Assembly (NCBI GenBank): GCA_028715115.1
Contig: JAQUSN010000002.1
Location: forward strand, 68,944-132,943
Source: Patescibacteria group bacterium
GTDB taxonomy: Bacteria > Patescibacteriota > Patescibacteriia > UBA2591 > UBA4787
Length of the DNA stretch: 64,000 bases
Direction: 5' to 3'
A program made the translations under genes and the position numbers. Shown in pieces: positions 1 to 8,234 of the stretch. The notes beneath the pieces are model-generated. The model worked only from the letters and a program-made list of their open reading frames with translations, had not been told where the DNA came from and did no database searches. The first letter of the stretch is position 1. Every line of letters starts with the position of its first letter.

Positions 1-196
1 TGGCCAAAATGTTATGGTCAATGGCACGGCCAATTCCGATGGTAGCGTTAGCGCTGCTTCAGTCCAAATTAGGCCAACTACATTTCAGACGCCAGGAGGG
101 GACAGCCCTGTTATGCCGTCACAATAATCAACTCAACCGTAAATTAGTTAAAATCAAAAAGACGTTCCCGAGCGAAACGTCTTTTTGCTAATAAGA

Positions 197-1786
197 TTAT
201 TTGACGTTTTTAATAAGATATGTTTGTCTTAGTTGATAGCCAATTCGGCGATAATAATTTCTCACGCCCACGCCGGAAATGACAGCGATTTTTTTATAAC
301 CGGCCTGCCTGGCTAATTTTTCCGCTTCCAGAATTAATTTTTTTCCTAAACCGATGTGTTGAGCAACTTTTTTCTTTTGGCCGATAGGCACCATTTCGCC
401 ATAAGTATGAAGCTCGCGAATAAGAGCTGCGCCGTTTAAGGCGGAAAACGGTGACCTAAACCGCTGGGGTAATCTTAGACGCAAAAAGGCGAGCAATTTA
501 TTTTTATTTTCAAATGATAGGAATATTTCCTGGCCGCCGCTGGCCGAGTAGGTGATTTTTTTTAGTTTAATGTTGCCGATTTTAAATTTTATATCTTTTA
601 TTTCTCGGCAGCGAAGGCAACGGCAAGATAGTCCTGATTTTTTCATTTCTTTTTGTATTACTTCGCGTAAATTAGAAATACGGCTGCCGCTTTCAATTTT
701 AGAAGAAGGGATGTCGCGAATAATGCGAGTTATTCTAACATATGGCGGAATGGTCGATTTTATTTGTGTTAATAGTTTTATTAATTGTTGATTTTGATAA
801 GGCCGATATTTTTTATTTTGCCATAGTTTATAAAGCGGAGAACCTTTAGTTACTACGCATGGATAGATTTTAAGCATATCAGGTTGAAAGTTTGGCAAAG
901 AAAATAATTTTTTAAACATAATCAAATCTTTCTTGACAGTAGCGCCGAACATGCCAGGCATGATATGGTAGCAGACTTTAAACCCAGTATCTTTTAATAA
1001 TTCAGTGGCTTTAATAGTTTCATTAATACTATGTCCGCGTTGATTTTGTTTTAGAATTTTATCGTCGATGTTTTGTACGCCCAATTCAACGCGCGTGCAG
1101 CCAAGCTCGCGCATTTTTTTTATTTCTTGGGCGTTGATATAGTCGGGCCGTGTTTCCAAGGTAATGCCAATTATTCGATGTTCTCCTTTTTCGTTTAGTT
1201 TTTGCGCTTGATTTAAATTTTTTGAAACCTTTCGATTGGCTCCATCAAAGCATCTTTTAATAAACCAAGTTTGATATTTAGTCGGTAGATATGACCAGGT
1301 TCCGCCGATCACGATTAATTCTATTTTATCGGTCGGGTGGCCGTTTTTTGCCAAAACTTCAATTCTTTTTTTAACTTGCCAAAAAGGATCGAAAGACAAT
1401 TTTTTTGCCCTTTCTACTGCGGGTTCGCCAGATAAATAACTTTTGGGGATTCCTTTCTCGGTGGGGCAGTATAAACAATGATGCGGGCAGGACAAGGATT
1501 GCTCCGTCCCGAACGGGCGGGGTGAAGTTAATACGGAAACAACGGCTACGCCGGAAAGCGAGCGGATCGGCCGTTTTTTTAATTTTTTTTCAAAGTAATA
1601 ATTTGGCGATAAATTTTCTTTTTCTTTTAATTCACGATAGATGCTTAAAATAGTTGTATTGTTCGGTGGTTGAATTTTAGTCTGGCTGATTAGTTTTTTC
1701 TTTAAATTTAAAAATTGCTCGCTATTTTTAATATTTTTTTGAGCGAGCTCGCTGACAAAATCATTAAGTTGGTTATTCTTGGTCAT
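197..1786 (-). CDS. ELP3-family radical SAM / GNAT acetyltransferase (tRNA wobble-uridine modification type)
   Basis: CxxxCxxC radical SAM motif (SCPHHCLYCP) in the N-terminal half. C-terminal GNAT-like segment (QHIGLGKKLILEAEKLARQAGYKKIAVISGVGVRNYYRRIGY). Length 529 aa fits Elp3-like proteins. Confidence 0.75.
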   Translation of the reverse strand: MTKNNQLNDFVSELAQKNIKNSEQFLNLKKKLISQTKIQPPNNTTILSIYRELKEKENLSPNYYFEKKLKKRPIRSLSGVAVVSVLTSPRPFGTEQSLSCPHHCLYCPTEKGIPKSYLSGEPAVERAKKLSFDPFWQVKKRIEVLAKNGHPTDKIELIVIGGTWSYLPTKYQTWFIKRCFDGANRKVSKNLNQAQKLNEKGEHRIIGITLETRPDYINAQEIKKMRELGCTRVELGVQNIDDKILKQNQRGHSINETIKATELLKDTGFKVCYHIMPGMFGATVKKDLIMFKKLFSLPNFQPDMLKIYPCVVTKGSPLYKLWQNKKYRPYQNQQLIKLLTQIKSTIPPYVRITRIIRDIPSSKIESGSRISNLREVIQKEMKKSGLSCRCLRCREIKDIKFKIGNIKLKKITYSASGGQEIFLSFENKNKLLAFLRLRLPQRFRSPFSALNGAALIRELHTYGEMVPIGQKKKVAQHIGLGKKLILEAEKLARQAGYKKIAVISGVGVRNYYRRIGYQLRQTYLIKNVK

Positions 1787-1862
1787 TTTTAAAGTATAGC
1801 GTTAATTTCGATTTTTTCAACCCCCACACCAAAATTTTTTGCGTGGGAGTGAAGATAACTAT

Positions 1863-1890
1863 TTGATTTTGTTTAATCTTACGCTATAAT
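1863..1890 (+). promoter_or_regulatory. sigma70-like promoter (TTGATT-16-TATAAT) ending about 8 nt before the ATG at 1899; leaderless-type
   Basis: -35 TTGATT at 1863..1868, 16-nt spacer, -10 TATAAT at 1885..1890, start codon at 1899. Confidence 0.4.
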
Positions 1891-1898
1891 AATGTAAT

Positions 1899-2654
1899 AT
1901 GAAACAAGCCAAGGCTGAACAAATTATTAAGGAGACCAAAGAAAACTATAATGCGTTGGCCCGCGACTTTTCTAATACTCGAGCTTTTCTCTGGAAAGAA
2001 TTTCAAGATTTATTAGTTTATATTAAGAATGGCGACAGGGTTTTAGATTTAGGCTGCGGCAATGGTCGATTGGCCGAACTTTTTAAAAATCGACCGGTTG
2101 AATATGTCGGTGTTGATAATTCAGAAGAATTGATATCTTTGGCTAAAAAAAATCAGCCGGTTAAAATGTTAAAAGAGCCAAAGTTCTTCGTAGCCGACGC
2201 TCTTAATCTGCCCTTTCGTCCATCGGATTTTAACGAAATTTTTTCCACGGCGGTGCTACATCATATTCCTTCTTACAAATTACGCTTAAAATTTTTACAG
2301 GATTGTTATAGTTATCTTAAACCGGGCGGATATCTACTTTTAACGGTTTGGAATTTTTATCAACCAAGATTATTAATGAAATATAAAATTTGGTCAATTA
2401 TTTTCGGTTTTCATAAAAGAGAATTTGACCGCGGCGACGTGGTTGTCCCTTGGAAAATGCCAATTGTCAGCAAGGGAGAAAAACTAAAATTTAAAATTTT
2501 TGAACGATATTATCATGCCTTTACCGAAGGTGAATTACAACGCCTGGTTTCAGCAGCCGGTTTCCAGGTAATTGACCATTATTATGTTTGTAAGGGCAAA
2601 AAGACAAATTGGATTAAGGGATTTAATTTAGTTTTAATTGCTCAAAAGCAATAA
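1899..2654 (+). CDS. class I SAM-dependent methyltransferase
   Basis: Motif I VLDLGCGNGRLAELF followed by an acidic motif II (VGVDNSEE). 251 aa. Confidence 0.7.
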   Translation: MKQAKAEQIIKETKENYNALARDFSNTRAFLWKEFQDLLVYIKNGDRVLDLGCGNGRLAELFKNRPVEYVGVDNSEELISLAKKNQPVKMLKEPKFFVADALNLPFRPSDFNEIFSTAVLHHIPSYKLRLKFLQDCYSYLKPGGYLLLTVWNFYQPRLLMKYKIWSIIFGFHKREFDRGDVVVPWKMPIVSKGEKLKFKIFERYYHAFTEGELQRLVSAAGFQVIDHYYVCKGKKTNWIKGFNLVLIAQKQ

Positions 2655-2665
2655 TATTTTTGGTT

Positions 2666-2735
2666 ATCCCGTAAAAGCCGACTGCTATCGGCTCACGGGA
2701 TACTCAAATTTGTAACGAAATTTACATCGTTACAA
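2666..2735 (+). promoter_or_regulatory. two adjacent perfect hairpins in the methyltransferase-murI intergenic region (possible terminator or attenuator, no T-run)
   Basis: TATCCCGT..(inner GCCGA/TCGGC stem)..ACGGGATA at 2666..2702, and TTGTAACG..CGTTACAA at 2710..2735. Confidence 0.3.
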
Positions 2736-2764
2736 AATAACTCGTAAATTTTGACAAATTTGGT

Positions 2765-3577
2765 ATGATTGGAATTTTTGACTCTGGAATTGGCGGTTTG
2801 ACCGTGGTTAAAAAATTTTTCGATTGGTTTGATAAAGATAATTTATCTTATCGACTTTTGTATTTTGGTGATACGGCCAGAACTCCGTACGGCAACCGAG
2901 GGGAGGAGGTTATAAAACAATACGCGCTTGAAGACGCAAAATTATTAATTGAACGCGGAGCAAAAATAATTGTCATTGCCTGCAATACTGTCTCGGCTAT
3001 AGCAACCGATTATTTAAAAAATAATTTATCAGTACCGGTTTTTGAAGTGGTTAGTCCGGCCGCACAAAAAGCAGTTGCCATTACTCGTCATAATCGCATT
3101 GGTATCTTGGGTACTCGCGCTACGATTAACTCGAAGATTTATGATCATTTAATTAAACAATATGCGGCTAAAGCACACAAAAAAATCGGCGTTTTCGAAA
3201 ATAGCGCCAGCTTGCTGGTGCCGCTAGTAGAAGAAGGCTGGCTTGATACACCTGAAACTAAAAGAATAATTAAAAAATATTTATCGCCATTAAAAGCGGC
3301 TCAAATCGACACTCTTATTTTGGCCTGTACGCATTATCCGTTTTTAATCAAAGAGATTGAGGCCAAATTAAATAAACAAGTAAAATTGGTTGATCCGGCT
3401 CTAGAAGTTGTTTTACAGGTAAAAGAATTTTTAAAAAATAATTCTGCGATAGAACAACAATTAAATCATAAAAGTAAGCATCAATTTTTAGTTTCCGACC
3501 TAACCAATCGCGTGCAAAATTTAGCAGCAAGATGGTTGGGAGAAAAAATTAAATTGGAAAAAGTTAATTTAAAATGA
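2765..3577 (+). CDS. murI: glutamate racemase
   Basis: IGIFDSGIGGLTV N-terminus. Both catalytic Cys motifs present (ACNT, ACTHYP). Confidence 0.9.
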   Translation: MIGIFDSGIGGLTVVKKFFDWFDKDNLSYRLLYFGDTARTPYGNRGEEVIKQYALEDAKLLIERGAKIIVIACNTVSAIATDYLKNNLSVPVFEVVSPAAQKAVAITRHNRIGILGTRATINSKIYDHLIKQYAAKAHKKIGVFENSASLLVPLVEEGWLDTPETKRIIKKYLSPLKAAQIDTLILACTHYPFLIKEIEAKLNKQVKLVDPALEVVLQVKEFLKNNSAIEQQLNHKSKHQFLVSDLTNRVQNLAARWLGEKIKLEKVNLK

Positions 3578-3972
3578 TTTTAAGTATTGATCACGGTACA
3601 AAATATATCGGATTAGCCATTGCGGACGAAAAAATTAGGATTGCTCATCCGCGAGGATTTTTGTTAAATAAAAATTATGAATATGTTTTGGCGGAAATAA
3701 AAAATATAATCACCGAACAAAAAATATCATTAATTGTGGTCGGACAACCCCTTGGCTTGTCTGGCCAGGCGACAGAGCAAACTAAATTGGCCAACAAATT
3801 CATTGAACAACTAAGGAACGATCTAAACTTGCCCGTTGATATTTTCAATGAAACCATGACCACTAAAATGGCTGGTCAGGTAGGCGGTAAAAAAGAGAAT
3901 AGCAGCGGACACGACGCAGCTGCGGCCATAATTTTACAAGATTATTTAGATAGGCTGGGAAACAAAAATTAA
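3574..3972 (+). CDS. ruvX: Holliday-junction resolvase-like / pre-16S rRNA nuclease YqgF
   Basis: ILSIDHGTKYIGLAIAD N-terminus. C-terminal SGHDAAAAIILQDYL motif. 132 aa. 4-nt overlap with murI. Confidence 0.85.
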   Translation: MILSIDHGTKYIGLAIADEKIRIAHPRGFLLNKNYEYVLAEIKNIITEQKISLIVVGQPLGLSGQATEQTKLANKFIEQLRNDLNLPVDIFNETMTTKMAGQVGGKKENSSGHDAAAAIILQDYLDRLGNKN

Positions 3973-3975
3973 TTT

Positions 3976-5118
3976 ATGTTAAATTATTTCGTTATTTTTT
4001 TGGTTAGTTTTTTGACCGGCATAATTTTTACCTGGTTGATTCGCCTTTTGGCAATTAAATTTAAGATTATTGATTGGCCCAAAGCTGACAGCCGCCATAT
4101 TCATCGAGAGGCTACTCCTCTTTTGGGAGGTTTGGCTGTTTTTTTAACCTTTTTCTTAGTTTTGTTCTCCGTTTATTTTAGCTCTGCTTGGCCGGTTAAA
4201 AAAATAGCTCTATTTCAGCCGCTTACCGCTAACATTCATTTAGTTACCCTAAAACAATTGATCGCCATTTTTTTGGCCAGTTGTTTGATAGTTATTGGCG
4301 GTTGGCTGGATGATAAATACCATTTTAAGCCGCGGAAGCAGATAGTTTGGCCGATTTTGGCTACACTCATAGTCATCATTGGTGGCGTAGGTATTAATTA
4401 TTTAAATAATCCGTTTGGTGAGGGTTATCTGTATTTAAATCACTGGCAAATAGAAATTTTTAAAATTAATGGCGTGCCATTTTATTTTACGCCCCTGGCT
4501 GATATTTTTACTTTTATTTGGTTGATGTTGGTTATGTATTCTACAAAGCTGCTTGACGGTTTAGATGGTTTAACGGCCGGTATGGGTCTGATTGGTTCGG
4601 CAGTAATCTTTTGTTTATCAATGCTAACCATTTTCTATCAGCCAGAAATTGCCGTAATGGCTCTAGTGCTTAGCGGAGCTTGTTTAGGATTTTTATTTTT
4701 TAATTTTTATCCAGCTAGAATATTTTTGGGCGAGGGAGGGAGTCTATTGGTCGGATTTCTTCTCGGAACCCTGGCCGTAATTTCAGGAGGAAAAATTGCT
4801 GTTACTTTTTTGGTCTTGGGCGTTCCAATTCTCGATCTGTTATGGGTAGTCGCTCGCAGAGTTTTCCAAGAAAAAAAATCGCCATTTTCAGGCGACCGCA
4901 AGCATCTTCATTTTAGATTACTTGATCTTGGTTTCTCGCATCGCGGTGCGGTAATTTTCATTTGGTTGATTTCTTTGATTTTTGGTCTAGCCTCTTTGTT
5001 TTTAAGAACTAAAGGAAAAATTTTCGTGTTGGTATTTTTTGTTATTTTCATGTCGCTTTTAGCTCTGGTTATAATTTTAAAAGAGAGACGCTTGAAGTTG
5101 AAAAATTATGAAAAATAA
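3976..5118 (+). CDS. glycosyltransferase family 4 polyprenyl-phosphate HexNAc-1-phosphate transferase (WecA/TagO-like)
   Basis: Polytopic membrane protein. DWPKADSRHIHREATPLLGGLAVF motif. KLLDGLDGLTAGMG motif typical of the MraY/WecA superfamily. Confidence 0.65.
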   Translation: MLNYFVIFLVSFLTGIIFTWLIRLLAIKFKIIDWPKADSRHIHREATPLLGGLAVFLTFFLVLFSVYFSSAWPVKKIALFQPLTANIHLVTLKQLIAIFLASCLIVIGGWLDDKYHFKPRKQIVWPILATLIVIIGGVGINYLNNPFGEGYLYLNHWQIEIFKINGVPFYFTPLADIFTFIWLMLVMYSTKLLDGLDGLTAGMGLIGSAVIFCLSMLTIFYQPEIAVMALVLSGACLGFLFFNFYPARIFLGEGGSLLVGFLLGTLAVISGGKIAVTFLVLGVPILDLLWVVARRVFQEKKSPFSGDRKHLHFRLLDLGFSHRGAVIFIWLISLIFGLASLFLRTKGKIFVLVFFVIFMSLLALVIILKERRLKLKNYEK

Positions 5119-5554
5119 ATGGCATTTAATAATTTTCTTACTAATCACTGCGATAATATTGTTTGTTTTTAATTTCGTCCTTTTTGATAAACAATTTACC
5201 AAGGTTACCATAAATCAGCAGGTGATTAAAGCGGAAACAGTTACCACGTCTTCCGAAATTATCAGGGGCTTATCCGGTCGCCAGTCGTTGGCTGATAACT
5301 CCGGAATGTTATTTGTTTTCCCCAAGGTAGATACTTATGACTTTTGGATGAAAGATATGAAATTTTCGATTGATATTATTTGGATCAACGATGGCCGAAT
5401 TATTGATATTTGGCAAAATGCGCCAATACCTCAAAATAGTCAGCCGGCCCGATATCATCCTCGCGATAAAGCGGGCTATGTTTTAGAGGTTGGGGCCGGA
5501 ACCGTTGAAAAAAATGGCTGGAAAATAGGCGATTTTGTTAAACTGGGTCTTTAG
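5108..5554 (+). CDS. DUF192 domain protein with N-terminal TM anchor
   Basis: Matches the DUF192 pattern: GMLFVF..FWMKDMKFSIDIIWI...YVLEVGAG..G.KIGD.V. Confidence 0.75.
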   Translation: MKNKWHLIIFLLITAIILFVFNFVLFDKQFTKVTINQQVIKAETVTTSSEIIRGLSGRQSLADNSGMLFVFPKVDTYDFWMKDMKFSIDIIWINDGRIIDIWQNAPIPQNSQPARYHPRDKAGYVLEVGAGTVEKNGWKIGDFVKLGL

Positions 5555-5597
5555 TTTTTCGCTTGCCAAATCCTTTAAAATACTTTAAAATTAATAT

Positions 5598-7163
5598 ATG
5601 TCGACTAATCCACAATCTAGCCACGAATGTCCAGACCACGAAAACGAGGTTATCTCTTTCGGTGAGGCTAATTATCGTAATATGCACCGCCGTTTTGGTA
5701 TTAAAACGCCGGATCGCCGGTCGCATATGTATTTGGTTGGTAAAACCGGAGTTGGTAAATCAACTTTATTAGAAAATACGATTTATCAAGACCTTCAGCT
5801 GGGACATGGCGTGGCCATAGTTGATCCGCATGGTGATTTGGCTGAAAAGGTTTTAGATTTTGTTCCAAGTTGGCGAATTAACGATGTTATTTATTTTAAT
5901 CCGGCTGACGTTGAATGGCCGATTGCTTTTAATATTTTAGAGAGCGTTGATTCGACACATCGACACTTCGTTGCCTCTGGTTTAATCGGCGTTTTTAAAA
6001 AAATCTGGGCTGATTCTTGGGGCCCGCGTTTAGAATATGTTTTGCGTAATGCCATCTTAGCGCTTTTAGAATATCCGGGCAGTACTTTGCTCGGCATTAT
6101 GCGGCTTTTAATCGACAAAGAATTTAGAAAAAAAGTCGTCGGCCGATTAACCGATCCAATAGTTAGATCTTTTTGGGTAGAAGAATATTCTAAGTATCCG
6201 GACAGATTTCAGGCGGAAGCCATCGCGCCGATTCAAAATAAAGTCGGGCAATTTTTATCCATGAACTTGATTCGCAATATCGTCGGCCAGGTAAAATCAA
6301 AAATCGATATTCGCGAAATCATGGATAAAAAGAAAATTCTCATTATGAATTTAGCTAAGGGCAGAATCGGTGAAGATGCATCGTCTTTAATGGGCGCGAT
6401 GATGATTACAAAATTACAAATGGCGGCCATGAGCCGGGTCGATATTGTCGAAAAGGACAGAAAAGATTTTTATCTCTACGTAGATGAATTTCAAAATTTT
6501 GCTACCGAATCATTCGCTAATATTTTATCCGAGGCGCGCAAATATCGTTTAAACCTAATTTTAGCCCATCAGTATATTGAGCAGCTAGACGAAAAGGTGA
6601 GCTCGGCTGTTTTTGGTAATGTGGGCACGTTGGTTTGTTTTCGTGTTGGCGCTGAAGATGCTGAATTTTTAGCCAAAGAGTTTACTCCTCAATTTGATGA
6701 AACCGATTTGGTCAACTTAGATAAGTTCGAGATTTATATTAAACTGATGATTGGCGGCATTACCTCAGAGCCTTTTTCAGCCAATACCTTACCGCCCTTA
6801 GGCAAGCCAGAGAATAATCATGATAAAATCATTCGGGTTTCACGAGAAAAATATGCCGAAAGCAAAAAGGTGGTCGAAGATAAAATCGTTCGTTGGACCG
6901 GCATGGAACCGCCCTCGACCGATCAGGCCAAATTCGAAGCCAAGTGCGAAGGTTGTGGCAATCCGGTTTTAATTCCTTTTATTCCCGACGGTGTTCGCCC
7001 GATTTTCTGTCGCAAATGTTTAAAAAAAATGAGAAAAGAAGATCAAGACAAGGTCGCAGCAGGTAAACAGCCAGATAACCTACCAACTGGTGAACTAAAG
7101 AATCAAACCGGATCTTTAGTACAATCAACTACCTCCGTACAATTAGAAAATAAACAAGAGTAA
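5598..7163 (+). CDS. VirD4/TraG/TraD-like coupling-protein-family ATPase (T4SS DNA-transfer domain) with C-terminal CxxC..CxxC zinc ribbon; soluble, no TM
   Basis: Walker A YLVGKTGVGKSTLL followed by IVDPHGDL. Walker B region FYLYVDEFQNF. LILAHQYIEQL motif typical of the TraG/TrwB/HerA-FtsK clade. Zn ribbon CEGCGN..CRKC at the C-terminus. Confidence 0.5.
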   Translation: MSTNPQSSHECPDHENEVISFGEANYRNMHRRFGIKTPDRRSHMYLVGKTGVGKSTLLENTIYQDLQLGHGVAIVDPHGDLAEKVLDFVPSWRINDVIYFNPADVEWPIAFNILESVDSTHRHFVASGLIGVFKKIWADSWGPRLEYVLRNAILALLEYPGSTLLGIMRLLIDKEFRKKVVGRLTDPIVRSFWVEEYSKYPDRFQAEAIAPIQNKVGQFLSMNLIRNIVGQVKSKIDIREIMDKKKILIMNLAKGRIGEDASSLMGAMMITKLQMAAMSRVDIVEKDRKDFYLYVDEFQNFATESFANILSEARKYRLNLILAHQYIEQLDEKVSSAVFGNVGTLVCFRVGAEDAEFLAKEFTPQFDETDLVNLDKFEIYIKLMIGGITSEPFSANTLPPLGKPENNHDKIIRVSREKYAESKKVVEDKIVRWTGMEPPSTDQAKFEAKCEGCGNPVLIPFIPDGVRPIFCRKCLKKMRKEDQDKVAAGKQPDNLPTGELKNQTGSLVQSTTSVQLENKQE

Positions 7164-7184
7164 TAATAAAAAATATAGATCTTT

Positions 7185-8234
7185 ATGGTAAAAAAGTACC
7201 TTATTATTTTTGTCGCTTTTTCCATAGGCCTGGTGGGCTTGATTGTTATTTATCATAAAGTAGGTTTAGTAGATATTTCTACTCAGTTACACAAATTGCA
7301 TCTATGGCAATTATTTTTAGTTTTAGGCACTTCGATTGCCATGATGACTTTAACGATTTGCCGTTGGGGATTGATTTTGATTGATCTGAATCAGAAAAAA
7401 ACCTCTTGGCTGACGATGATTAAGGCGCGGCTTGGAGAATTTGCCTTTAGTTATCTTACGCCGATTGCTTATTTTGGCGGTGAATGGATCAGAGCTTACG
7501 TGATGAATAAAGACAAAAACGTTCCGGTTAGCACCAGTTTGACTTCTATTTTTTTGGATAGAATCTCCGAATTCGTAGCCGCTTTCCTCTTTATTTTTTT
7601 TGGGGCGATAGTCATGGCTATTAGTAGAAGTTTTATTTGGGGAATTTTGATGCTGATTTTTTCGGGAATAATTTTCTCTGGGTTATATTTGGCTATTGTT
7701 TTAGTTGGTTTGGACAAAATTTTAATATTCTTGGTTAACTTTTTAAAACTAAATAAGATTCGTTATAGTTCTAAAAATGCCGGTCAAACGACCATAGGAG
7801 AAAGATTTATTTATTTGGGCGGTCAGGTTAACGATTACTTTAAAAAATCGCGCGCTAAATTTGTTTTCACTACCTTTCTTTCGTTTTTAACTCTTTTGGT
7901 TTGGCTTTGGCAAACCAAGTTGATAATTAATTTTTTGGGCATAGACTTGTCTTGGAGTAAAATATTCATCATTAAAATTTTTCTTGCTACCTCGATGTTT
8001 ATGCCGATTCCGGCAAACCTCGGCTCTTATGAAGGCGCGCACGTGTTGGTCTTTAATATTTTCGGCTTGCCCAGTGACTCGGCCTTGGCCTTAAGTGTCG
8101 TTAATCGAGCCCTGGATTTAGTCTGGATTACGGCTGGAATTTTTATGATCAGTCATTCCTTGACGCAAATTTTAGCCAAAATTCTCCAAGCCATTTCTAA
8201 TTTTAGCAATCGCAATGGGCAGTCAACAAGTTAG
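7185..8234 (+). CDS. polytopic membrane protein, UPF0104/flippase-like (LPG-synthase TM-region-like)
   Basis: 349 aa with about 8 hydrophobic helices. The call rests on hydropathy only; no catalytic motif seen. Confidence 0.3.
   Translation: MVKKYLIIFVAFSIGLVGLIVIYHKVGLVDISTQLHKLHLWQLFLVLGTSIAMMTLTICRWGLILIDLNQKKTSWLTMIKARLGEFAFSYLTPIAYFGGEWIRAYVMNKDKNVPVSTSLTSIFLDRISEFVAAFLFIFFGAIVMAISRSFIWGILMLIFSGIIFSGLYLAIVLVGLDKILIFLVNFLKLNKIRYSSKNAGQTTIGERFIYLGGQVNDYFKKSRAKFVFTTFLSFLTLLVWLWQTKLIINFLGIDLSWSKIFIIKIFLATSMFMPIPANLGSYEGAHVLVFNIFGLPSDSALALSVVNRALDLVWITAGIFMISHSLTQILAKILQAISNFSNRNGQSTS

Noticed and set aside
552-1653. Sense-strand ORFs (552..791, 1405..1653) opposite the ELP3-like gene
   Set aside because: They lie wholly inside a well-supported minus-strand CDS and give low-complexity translations with no start context.
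2750-2770. TTGACA hexamer at 2750 as the -35 of a murI promoter
   Set aside because: It is only about 9 nt upstream of the murI ATG, and the nearest -10-like hexamer overlaps the start codon. The spacing is incompatible with a sigma70 promoter for this start.
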